Notes: generated by a model not told the origin, from the sequence alone. A stretch of DNA of 64,000 nucleotides from an uncultured Actinomycetes bacterium (GCA_947085035.1 CAMTUW010000007.1:89960-153959), one strand, 5' to 3'. Shown: positions 9,538 to 17,114, numbered from the stretch's first letter. Translations and numbers: made by a program.

Positions 9538-9569
9538 GAAAGGAGCCGGTCTTTCGACCGACTCCTTTC
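9538..9569 (-). terminator. Strong stem-loop (14-bp stem, GAAA loop) 28 nt downstream of pilA; candidate attenuating terminator
   Basis: The minus-strand RNA reads GAAAGGAGUCGGUC-GAAA-GACCGGCUCCUUUC. The single non-Watson-Crick position is a G.U wobble in the sense transcript and a C/A mismatch on the other strand. There is no U-tract. Confidence 0.5.
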
Positions 9570-9597
9570 GGTATCGAGTTCACGCTGTGTGCGATTG

Positions 9598-9954
9598 CTA
9601 GTTCTCGTAGTTGTGGTTGAGGATGGAGCAGTCGAAATCACCCGCGGTAACGTCGTAGGTACCGGTGCCGGGACACGTGGACGACTTGGCCCAGTCCTTG
9701 ACGTACCCGCCGATCGCGGCCTGCCCCTGTGCCATGGTGCCGATCGAAGAGGCGAGGTTGGTCTCGCTCGCGGCGACCCACTGCTGCACAGCGCCGTCGA
9801 GTGTACGCAGGTTCGCCGAACACGCCCGCCTGCGCGCGGAATCGCTGGCCGAGTTGAAGACCGGGATGGCGACAGCTACAAGAATACCGATAATAAGGAC
9901 AACGACCATCAGCTCGACAAGGGTGAATCCCTCGTCCTTTCGGAACAGCCTCAT
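9598..9954 (-). CDS. pilA: Major type IV pilin
   Basis: 'MRLFRKDEG|FTLVELMVVVLIIGILVAVAIPVF' is a canonical class III signal peptide with Phe+1 and Glu+5. 118 aa. The ATG at 9954 is preceded by GGAAGGAGGG. The ORF track extends to 10014. Confidence 0.85.
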   Translation of the reverse strand: MRLFRKDEGFTLVELMVVVLIIGILVAVAIPVFNSASDSARRRACSANLRTLDGAVQQWVAASETNLASSIGTMAQGQAAIGGYVKDWAKSSTCPGTGTYDVTAGDFDCSILNHNYEN

Positions 9955-10063
9955 GCTGATCCCTCCTTCCCCCTTGCGGGGATCGCGGGCACCACGTTGG
10001 TGCCTCTTACACATAACTTATCGGCAACACGTCGCCGTGCTTTAGCGGAAAGTGACCACAGAT

Positions 10064-11272
10064 TCACTGCACCAGTGTGATGACCTGGAACATGGGCAGG
10101 TAGAGCGCCACGACCATACCGCCCACCACGACGCCGAGCGTCGCCATCATGAGGGGCTCGATGAGCGACGTGAGGCCATCGACCGCCATGGAGACCTCTT
10201 CGTCATAGAAGTCCGCGATCTTGTTGAGCATCGCATCGAGCGCACCGGTCTCCTCGCCCACGGCGATCATCTGGACGAGCATCGACGGGAACACCTTGCT
10301 CTCGGAGAGCGGCTTGGCGATCGTCTCGCCCTCTTTGATGGCCGAGCGCGTCTTCCTCACGGCCTGAGCGACCATCTCGTTGCCTGCGGTGTCCGCGACG
10401 ATGTCGAGGGCCGCGAGGATGGGCACGCCTGCAGAGATGAGCGTCCCGAACGTGCGCGTGAACCTGGCGAGCGAGATCTTTCGGATCAGCGGGCCGAACA
10501 CCGGCATCTGGAGTAACGCAGCATCCCAGATGAGCATGCCCGGTCCCTTCGACCACCACTTGAAGGCGAAGACCGTCGAGAAGATCAAGACGACGGTCAC
10601 GATGCCACCAAAGCCGGCAACGAAATTGGAGGCGTTCACGAGCATCTGCGTCATGAACGGGAGTTCACCGCCCATGTCCGAGAACATCTTCTCGAAGGTC
10701 GGCACGACGAAGACCATCATGGCCACGAGGATGACGAGCACCATTCCGCCCATCGCCACCGGATAGGTCATCGCGGACTTGATCTTGCCCTTGAGCGTCT
10801 GTTCCTGCTCGAAGTGATCAGCCACCCTGTTCAAGACGTCGTCCAAGACACCACCGGTCTCCCCGGCGCGAACCATGTTGACGAAGATGGGCGGAAACAC
10901 CTTCGGGTGGCGCACAAGTGAATCCGAAAGCGACTGCCCGGACTCCACATCTTTGGCCAGCTGACCGATGATGTCTCGCAGATAGGCGTTCTCGGTCTGG
11001 CTGCCCAGGATCGAGAGGCACTTCGTCAGCGAGAGACCTGCGTTGATCATGGTGGAGAACTGCCGGGCGAAGATGGTCACGTCTTTGACCTTGACACCGG
11101 TACCGAACGTGATGTTGCCAAGCGACGCGATGCCACCTTGCTGATTCAAGTCCAAGATGATGTAGCCCATCTGGGTGAGCTTGGCTTGGACCGCATCTTT
11201 CGATTCGCCCTCGAGCTTGCCTTTGGCGATTTTGCCCGCCTTGTCGCGGACGGTATATGAAAACGTGGACAT
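10064..11272 (-). CDS. pilC: Type IV pilus platform protein PilC (GspF family)
   Basis: 402 aa with two GspF-type repeats ('FARQFSTMINAGLSL', 'FTRTFGTLISAGVPI') and three TM segments. The ATG start has a GAGGAG RBS. Confidence 0.92.
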   Translation of the reverse strand: MSTFSYTVRDKAGKIAKGKLEGESKDAVQAKLTQMGYIILDLNQQGGIASLGNITFGTGVKVKDVTIFARQFSTMINAGLSLTKCLSILGSQTENAYLRDIIGQLAKDVESGQSLSDSLVRHPKVFPPIFVNMVRAGETGGVLDDVLNRVADHFEQEQTLKGKIKSAMTYPVAMGGMVLVILVAMMVFVVPTFEKMFSDMGGELPFMTQMLVNASNFVAGFGGIVTVVLIFSTVFAFKWWSKGPGMLIWDAALLQMPVFGPLIRKISLARFTRTFGTLISAGVPILAALDIVADTAGNEMVAQAVRKTRSAIKEGETIAKPLSESKVFPSMLVQMIAVGEETGALDAMLNKIADFYDEEVSMAVDGLTSLIEPLMMATLGVVVGGMVVALYLPMFQVITLVQ

Positions 11273-11301
11273 CCGGGCTCCTCAGCACTGGTTGCGCTCA
11301 C

Positions 11302-12972
11302 TCAGACGATGACGCGCACGATCTCTTCGACCGACGTCAATCCCAATCGTACCTTCTCGAGGCCGTCTTGCCTGAGCGTCAACATGCCCTGCGACGTGGC
11401 GACCCGCTTGATCTTGTCAGCGGTGGCCTCCTCAACGCACAGTTTCGAGATCTCCTCGCTCATCATCAACACCTCGTGGACGCCGATACGACCTTTGTAT
11501 CCGGTTCCACCGCACTTGCGACACCCCACTGACCGGTAAACAGACTCGGGGAGGTTATCGGCAGTGTATCCCGCGTCGATGAGAACCTTGGGCTTCGGGC
11601 GCCACTCCTGCTTGCACTCCGAACACAACTTGCGAGCGAGTCGCTGCGCGAGGATGCAGTCGAGCGCTGAGGAGACGAGGAACGGCTCGACCCCCATCTC
11701 GATCAACCGCGTCAGCGCGCTGGGCGCATCGTTGGTGTGCAGGGTGGAGAGCACCAGGTGGCCGGTGAGCGCGGATTCGATGGCGATCTGCGCCGTCTCG
11801 CGGTCACGGATCTCTCCGACCAAGATGACGTCGGGCGAACAGCGCAGAAACGATCGCAGCGCGCGCGCGAAGTCGAGGCCCGCCTTGTGATTCATCTGGC
11901 ACTGGTTGATACCGGGTAGACGGTACTCCACAGGGTCTTCTGCGGTGACGATGTGGCGCGCGGGATCGTTCAGCACGTTGATCGCCGCATAGAGCGAAGT
12001 CGACTTGCCCGAGCCGGTAGGACCGGTGACCAGTATGGCCCCGTAGGGTTTCTTGAACGAGCTCTCGAACCGCTCGAGCGCCGACGGGAGGAAGCCGAGG
12101 TCTGTCAGGCGCAGGAGGATCGAGTCCTTGCGAAGGATCCGCAACACGATGCGCTCACCGTACACCGTGGGAAGCGACGAGACACGGAAGTCGAGCCTGA
12201 GGGTGCCGATGGTGACTGCACAGTGCCCGTCCTGGGGGCGCCTGGAGTCCGAGATATCCATTTCGGCCATGATCTTGAATCGGGAGATCATGGCCTGTTG
12301 GGTCGATTTCGGACTCCTCATGATCTCGTGGAGCACGCCGTCGATGCGAAGGCGGATGCGCAGGTCGTTCTCCTGCGGTTCGACGTGGATGTCTGAAGCA
12401 CCGTCTGACACGGCCTTTTGGATGATGAAGTTCACGAGCTTGACCGCCGGCGCTTCGGACTCGATGTCTGTCAGCTGCGACAGTTCGTCGTCACCGATGT
12501 CCTCGGTTCCCACGAACGCATCATCCGTCGTGTGTTCGGCGACCTTGTAGTACTCCTCGATCGCGGCCACGATGTCGTCTTTTGTCGAGATGGCGGGCTT
12601 GATCTCGAAACCGGTGATGATCCGCAGGTCATCGAGCGCGAGCACGTTCTGTGGATCGGCCATCGCGACGAGGAGTGTCCCGGCGGTCAGTGAGACCGGC
12701 ATGAGGGTGTAGCGGCGAGCCAGGTCTCTTGGAACGACGGCGACTGCACCGGGCTCAGGCGGTCTTTCCGAGAAGTTGATGTATTCGATGCCGATCTGCT
12801 TGGCCATGACCGAGAGAATCGCGCCTTGCGTGGCGTATCCCAAGTCAACCAGAACGCGGCCGAGCGGACTGCCCGTGGCCCTGTGGACCTCAAGCGCGTC
12901 ATTCAACTGCCCCTCAGTGATGATGCCAGCTCGCATGAGGAGCTGACCAAGCCTTTGTCCTGCTTCCGCCAC
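11302..12972 (-). CDS. pilB: Type IV pilus extension ATPase PilB (GspE family), paralogue 1, with a complete MshEN-type N-terminal motif pair
   Basis: 556 aa with Walker A 'GPTGSGKST', an Asp box, Walker B 'ILVGEIRD', a His box 'TGHLVLSTLHTN' and the tetracysteine 'CSEC...CRKCGGTGYKGR'. The N-terminal T2SSE_N-like domain begins 'RLGQLLMRAGIITEGQLNDAL'. Confidence 0.93.
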   Translation of the reverse strand: MAEAGQRLGQLLMRAGIITEGQLNDALEVHRATGSPLGRVLVDLGYATQGAILSVMAKQIGIEYINFSERPPEPGAVAVVPRDLARRYTLMPVSLTAGTLLVAMADPQNVLALDDLRIITGFEIKPAISTKDDIVAAIEEYYKVAEHTTDDAFVGTEDIGDDELSQLTDIESEAPAVKLVNFIIQKAVSDGASDIHVEPQENDLRIRLRIDGVLHEIMRSPKSTQQAMISRFKIMAEMDISDSRRPQDGHCAVTIGTLRLDFRVSSLPTVYGERIVLRILRKDSILLRLTDLGFLPSALERFESSFKKPYGAILVTGPTGSGKSTSLYAAINVLNDPARHIVTAEDPVEYRLPGINQCQMNHKAGLDFARALRSFLRCSPDVILVGEIRDRETAQIAIESALTGHLVLSTLHTNDAPSALTRLIEMGVEPFLVSSALDCILAQRLARKLCSECKQEWRPKPKVLIDAGYTADNLPESVYRSVGCRKCGGTGYKGRIGVHEVLMMSEEISKLCVEEATADKIKRVATSQGMLTLRQDGLEKVRLGLTSVEEIVRVIV

Positions 12973-13073
12973 CTGTGACGTCCTTTAGCTGTTGCGGTCG
13001 CGAACCGGCACACCCCGACCCCGCGCGGGATAATGGCAATGATAGCGCGCAAGAGGTTGAAACGCACCAACCC

Positions 13074-13892
13074 TCAGTGGTCGCGCATCCGGGCTTGCTC
13101 GAGGTCTGCGAACAAGACGTCTGCGTACCTGCGGAACCGATCGTACGTGGCGGTGCCGGCCTTGACGCCAACGCGCGCGTCCCCGAACCACATCTCGACC
13201 GGCGCGGCCATGACGAATCGAGGTACACCCTCCCTGACCATCTCACTGGCAGGCGCGTGCGCCGAGGCAGCGGGCGCGAACTCCGCGCTGCCTCCGTCAC
13301 GGGAGTGAACGCGCGCGACGGGTCGCTCGCTGACGGGTCTCGTCGGTACGAGGATGGCGGGCTCGGGTTGCTCACGCACGAGGCCCTCCCAGAGCTCGAG
13401 ATCCAGCTCGGGCTCTGGCTCGGGCTCGGGTTCGGGCTCGGGCTCGGGCAGCAGCGCGGCGATCTCGGCACCGAACAGCTCTTCTGACTCGGGCTGGAGG
13501 GGTTCAGGTTCCTCGACCCAAGGCATAGGGGTGACAGCAGAAACAATCGGTTCCGGAGTGTCCGATGGTGGCTCGTAAGTCTCGATACGCTCCGAGAGGG
13601 CTGCCTTGGCAAGCTCCACGATGGGGGCCGGGTGTTCGGCCGGCACCCAATCGCCGGTCCTCAACGGGGTCAGCAATGTGGCGCTGGGGGCGTCGGCCGA
13701 CGGCTCGAGACTCAGGCCCGCGAGATCCGTGTCAACCGGTCCGAGAGTCGCGAAAGTCGACACCGGTGCCGGAACGTGCACGTACTCGTGCCCCCGGATC
13801 CGAGACGATCTGACCAGGGTGGCGATGAGCACCGCGATTGACGCAACAAGAAGCAGGAGCGTTCCGGCGAGGATGATGGCCCGGACGTCCAT
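13074..13892 (-). CDS. Single-pass membrane protein with an acidic (Glu-Pro)7 linker and an unassigned C-terminal domain
   Basis: The ATG at 13892 lies just after the GTPase stop; the ORF track start at 13925 would overlap the GTPase gene. It has a TM helix 'AIILAGTLLLLVASIAVLIATLV' followed by RSSRIR (positive-inside suggests a cytoplasmic C-terminus) and an EPEPEPEPEPEPE tract. I recognise no family. Confidence 0.55.
   Translation of the reverse strand: MDVRAIILAGTLLLLVASIAVLIATLVRSSRIRGHEYVHVPAPVSTFATLGPVDTDLAGLSLEPSADAPSATLLTPLRTGDWVPAEHPAPIVELAKAALSERIETYEPPSDTPEPIVSAVTPMPWVEEPEPLQPESEELFGAEIAALLPEPEPEPEPEPEPELDLELWEGLVREQPEPAILVPTRPVSERPVARVHSRDGGSAEFAPAASAHAPASEMVREGVPRFVMAAPVEMWFGDARVGVKAGTATYDRFRRYADVLFADLEQARMRDH
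13408..13449 (-). repeat. Hexanucleotide tandem repeat (GGYTCN)n encoding (Glu-Pro)7
   Basis: The plus strand reads ctcgggctctggctcgggctcgggttcgggctcgggctcggg, which translates as EPEPEPEPEPEPE in the minus-strand CDS. Confidence 0.8.
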
Positions 13893-13899
13893 GCGCCCC

Positions 13900-14427
13900 C
13901 TACCCCATACTCTCGACGATTTCATAGAGAAGGCCCAACAACACAGCCTTCACCGAGTCCTTCTCGCGCGCGTCGACCGGAAGGAGTGGCACGTTGTCGG
14001 CGAGGCCCAAGTCGGTACGTACGCGCCGTATCGTCTCGGTGTCGTCGGAATCCACCTTGTTCGCGGCGACAACGAACGGCACCTCCGACATCTCGGTGAA
14101 GAAAGAGATCATCTCCCGTGCATCGGACAAGGTCTGTGGCTCGGTTGCGTCCACCAGCAAGACGAATCCGAGCATGCCTTCGGAGAGAGTCTCCCACATG
14201 AATGAGAAGCGCGCCTGACCAGGTGTCCCGAACAGATAGAGGACGACCTCGTCGGAGACGGTGATACGACCGAAGTCCATGGCGACGGTGGTCTCTCCCC
14301 CGCTCTCACCCGAAGCGGCGCTGACCTGTCTCTCTGTCGAGAGAACAGTGATCTCGCTGACCGCCTTGATGAAGGTGGTCTTGCCGGCGTTGAACGGTCC
14401 TGTTACGACGACCTTGACGGACTGCAT
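13900..14427 (-). CDS. Small P-loop GTPase of the CvnD/COG2229 (MglA-related) type
   Basis: 175 aa with G1 'GPFNAGKTT', 'TVAMDFGRI' (switch I region), G3 'LFGTPGQ' (canonical Asp replaced, as in MglA/CvnD-type GTPases) and G4 'NKVD'. It closely resembles the Streptomyces conservon CvnD pattern '...TVAMDFGRI...LYLFGTPGQ.RF.FMW'. Confidence 0.85.
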   Translation of the reverse strand: MQSVKVVVTGPFNAGKTTFIKAVSEITVLSTERQVSAASGESGGETTVAMDFGRITVSDEVVLYLFGTPGQARFSFMWETLSEGMLGFVLLVDATEPQTLSDAREMISFFTEMSEVPFVVAANKVDSDDTETIRRVRTDLGLADNVPLLPVDAREKDSVKAVLLGLLYEIVESMG

Positions 14428-14442
14428 AAGCGAAACGCTCCT

Positions 14443-16296
14443 CTAGAGGTTCTTGACGCCTTCGATGATCTTGAGAATGGTCGCCTTGTCAACGCGGGTG
14501 TCACGTGACAGAACTCCACTGCCAGCTTCAGGTAGTTCTTTGACGTTCGCCTGAGGCCTCGACGATAGCCTCCGCGATGCCCCGGTCAGCGCCGAAAGCT
14601 CATCGGTCAATCCGCCCGAAAAGCCGTAGTCCCCGATACCTTCCTCGCCCAGAAACGCGTCTGTGGAGATCACGCCGCCCGCGGCTACCGGCTCATCATC
14701 GCGAAGCAGATCCACGTCGAACCCTGCCTTGATCGCGAGAGGACTCATCTGATCGTCGGCGATCAACTCGGCGTCCACGTCCAGTGAGTCGAGCAACGAT
14801 CTGAAATCGGGCTCCTCGACCGCGCTCGTGTCTTGCGAAACGGTTGCCAGTGGAGGCTCGGGTACTTCGATCCAGCCCGGGGTGACAACGTCATCAGCAC
14901 GCAGGGACATGGGCTCAGTGACGACCTCGGATGGCTCGGCTGTGACGGGCGACAGTAGATCCGAGGGCAGTTCGCCGAGCCCCAAACCCATCAAGTCACG
15001 CTCGAAGTCCAGCCCAACGGGTTCCGGCTCAGGCTCCGGTTCGGGTTCCGGTTCGGGTTCCGGCTCAGGCTCAGGTTCCGGCTCCGGTTCCGGTACGCTG
15101 ACGAGCCGCTCGAGCAGGTCCTCAACCGAGGGTGCGCCGGTGTCGTCCGGGCGATCATAGCCGATGAACGCGGGTTCCTCGACGGGAACATAAGGGGCAT
15201 GGGTGAGGGTGGACTCTTCAGGCGCAACCTCGAGTCCGCCCTCAGGGAAATACTCCAACACCGCCCCCATGAACTCTTCCAAGGCGAGTTGGTCTTCGGG
15301 AGAGGGCTCCGCGGTCGCAGCGCCGAGGAACTCCGGGATCTCCATGGGCCCGGCGGCGATCGCAACGCGTGCAGCGTCTGTGGCAGCTGAATCACGTTCG
15401 GCCAGCGCTTCTGCCTGTTCAGCTTCTGAGCGCCTCCTCGCCTCCTCGACGAGCTTCTCCTCACGCGCCAGCGCAACGTGCAGTTGAGCCTCCTCGACAC
15501 GGCGGCGTTCAGCCTCGATGACGGCGAGTCTCGCTTCTCGCTCGTCGCGCTCGGCACGGAAACGCGCGATCTCGTCATCTGTCGCGAACTCGAGCAGACC
15601 GGCGCTGAACAGTCCGTAGACGATGCGTGCGACCTCGAAGTCCGTCCGGCCTGACTCCACCGCCAGGTCAGCGACGCTACGCGTCCCGTCGACCTGCAGC
15701 AGGAGCTGCCATTCGACCGGCTTGAGCGATATCTCGAACGTTCCCTCTCCGGGGGCCGTGGCCATCTTGAAAACGACCTCGACCGAGGGAATCCGCTTGC
15801 GGATCCTGCCCCACTCCTCGAGACGACGCGAGCCTTCCATCACCACGTTCTCAATCGAGACGGTCAAACCGATGTCTTCATCGACGACTTCGGGCATCGT
15901 CTCGAAATCGAATTGCCCCTCGTCCCAACGCATCAGGTCGAAGATGGTGTCTTGGATCTGCTCGGTCACGAAGGACTCAAGGACCTCCTCGGTGATGTAG
16001 CCCTCATCGATCAGGATCTGCCCCAGCCGGCGCTCGCCCGCAGGCTCAGCGGCGCGCAGGTCAAGCCCGCGCACCAGCGCCTGGGCCGTGATCCGTTGGG
16101 CTTTGACGAGCCTCTCTCCGAGAGGTTCACTGTGCCAGTTCGAGCTGGCGAAGAAGACATCGCCGTCCCGAAACCAGACGCTCCCGTGCGCTTCGTCCTC
16201 ACGGACGATGCGCAGCACGCCGGTCTTACGGCTGAACGTCACCAGTTGGAAGACGTCCGGCAGACTGAAGTCTTTGAGGTTGCCACTGAGCGCCAT
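14443..16296 (-). CDS. DUF4388-type protein with tandem MshEN-like motifs, a winged-helix-like segment, a coiled coil and a long acidic (Pro-Glu)12 tail
   Basis: The N-terminus 'LSGNLKDFSLPDVFQLVTFSRKTGVLRI' is the characteristic DUF4388 opening. Residues 90-113, 'RLGQILIDEGYITEEVLESFVTEQ', fit the 24-residue MshEN motif. Residues ~190-237 resemble a wHTH. Residues 402-426 are (PE)12P. Confidence 0.7.
   Translation of the reverse strand: MALSGNLKDFSLPDVFQLVTFSRKTGVLRIVREDEAHGSVWFRDGDVFFASSNWHSEPLGERLVKAQRITAQALVRGLDLRAAEPAGERRLGQILIDEGYITEEVLESFVTEQIQDTIFDLMRWDEGQFDFETMPEVVDEDIGLTVSIENVVMEGSRRLEEWGRIRKRIPSVEVVFKMATAPGEGTFEISLKPVEWQLLLQVDGTRSVADLAVESGRTDFEVARIVYGLFSAGLLEFATDDEIARFRAERDEREARLAVIEAERRRVEEAQLHVALAREEKLVEEARRRSEAEQAEALAERDSAATDAARVAIAAGPMEIPEFLGAATAEPSPEDQLALEEFMGAVLEYFPEGGLEVAPEESTLTHAPYVPVEEPAFIGYDRPDDTGAPSVEDLLERLVSVPEPEPEPEPEPEPEPEPEPEPEPEPVGLDFERDLMGLGLGELPSDLLSPVTAEPSEVVTEPMSLRADDVVTPGWIEVPEPPLATVSQDTSAVEEPDFRSLLDSLDVDAELIADDQMSPLAIKAGFDVDLLRDDEPVAAGGVISTDAFLGEEGIGDYGFSGGLTDELSALTGASRRLSSRPQANVKELPEAGSGVLSRDTRVDKATILKIIEGVKNL
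15019..15093 (-). repeat. Hexanucleotide tandem repeat encoding (Pro-Glu)12-Pro
   Basis: The plus strand reads gggttccggctcaggctccggttcgggttccggttcgggttccggctcaggctcaggttccggctccggttccgg. The antisense frame produces the spurious 'GSGSGS' ORF 14828..15160. Confidence 0.85.
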
Positions 16297-16335
16297 CGAG
16301 CGTCATGCATCCGTTCTGGTCGAGGTGCGCTGCGG

Positions 16336-16929
16336 CTAGCCGAGAATCTCGGCCATCGAGTCCGCCGCGGCGCGCATGTCGTACAAGACGAGTCCCAACT
16401 TCGCGTCGGTGTCGGCAAGACAGGTGAGAACCGCCCGGCCGCCGGCGGCGATGAGCATGACGTACCCGCCCTCACCCTCGATGAACACCTGCGACAGCGA
16501 ACCGCGACCAAGCTCAGCCGCAGCGCGCTCGCCAAGGCCGAGAATCGCTGCGGACATGGCGCCCACCCGATCCTCGTGCATGCCATCAGGCAGTGCGGAC
16601 GCCATCGTGAAGCCGTCGAGTGAGACCAAGGCAGCCGCCTGGATGTCCTGGCTGTCTTCCATCAGATCGTTGAGCGCCGTCGCCAGTCGCTCTTCGCGCG
16701 TGGCCTGCCGCGCAGAGGCCGCCGGACGGACAGCCGCGACGGGTGTTGGCGGAGCAGTCGCAGGCACGGGCTCAGGCGACGGGACCGCAGCGGTCACTGT
16801 CGGCGTAGACGCCGCATCAACTGAGACGATCGGAACCACGACGGGCGGAGAGATCAGCTCGTCATCGTCTTCGAACACATCCTCGTCGGTATCGCTCAAG
16901 AAGAAGTCACCGAACGCGTTGTCTGCCAT
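16336..16929 (-). CDS. Roadblock/LC7 (MglB/CvnB-like) domain protein with an acidic, Pro-rich N-terminal extension
   Basis: The C-terminal ~110 aa, 'DIQAAALVSLDGFTMASALPDGMHEDRVGAMSAAILGLGERAAAELGRGSLSQVFIEGEGGYVMLIAAGGRAVLTCLADTDAKLGLVLYDMR', form a typical Roadblock/LC7 pattern. The ATG at 16929 is preceded by GGAGG. The ORF track extends to 16989. Confidence 0.8.
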   Translation of the reverse strand: MADNAFGDFFLSDTDEDVFEDDDELISPPVVVPIVSVDAASTPTVTAAVPSPEPVPATAPPTPVAAVRPAASARQATREERLATALNDLMEDSQDIQAAALVSLDGFTMASALPDGMHEDRVGAMSAAILGLGERAAAELGRGSLSQVFIEGEGGYVMLIAAGGRAVLTCLADTDAKLGLVLYDMRAAADSMAEILG

Positions 16930-17010
16930 TGCAGGAGCACCTCCCAGCGGCTCCGAGCGTGTTCCCAGTTCGCGGGTACCAACAAGCAAGCCCGCAGTCG
17001 AACGGGCTGA

Positions 17011-17069
17011 ATCATACTCTCACGAAGGTCAACCCGAGACAACCTACCTGCGACGACTACCTGCGACGA
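17011..17069 (-). promoter_or_regulatory. Candidate regulated promoter: perfect tandem 13-bp direct repeat (17044..17069) upstream of a TATGAT -10-like hexamer (17011..17016)
   Basis: The plus strand reads ctacctgcgacga|ctacctgcgacga; the minus strand reads TCGTCGCAGGTAG x2. The repeat lies in the pilB2/Roadblock intergenic region and ends 27 nt upstream of TATGAT, which would place it at roughly -40 to -65. Confidence 0.35.
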
Positions 17070-17114
17070 CACGGAACGACATGGAACCGAAGGCCTGAAG
17101 GCTCCGCCGATGCG

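Noticed and set aside
12914-13612. 232-aa Ser/Pro/Arg-rich minus-strand ORF
   Set aside because: It is in an alternative frame that overlaps the 3' part of the membrane-protein gene and the pilB1 start region. It is low-complexity and has no start context.
13408-15093. Short tandem repeats considered as a possible CRISPR or minisatellite locus
   Set aside because: The units are 6 nt with no spacers, and they lie in frame inside two CDSs. They encode PE/EP linkers and do not form a CRISPR array.
14828-15160. ORFs encoding (Gly-Ser)n, including 13354..13578
   Set aside because: They are the reverse-frame reading of the (Pro-Glu)n/(Glu-Pro)n hexanucleotide tracts. The sense-strand genes have better context, with operon coupling and recognisable domains.
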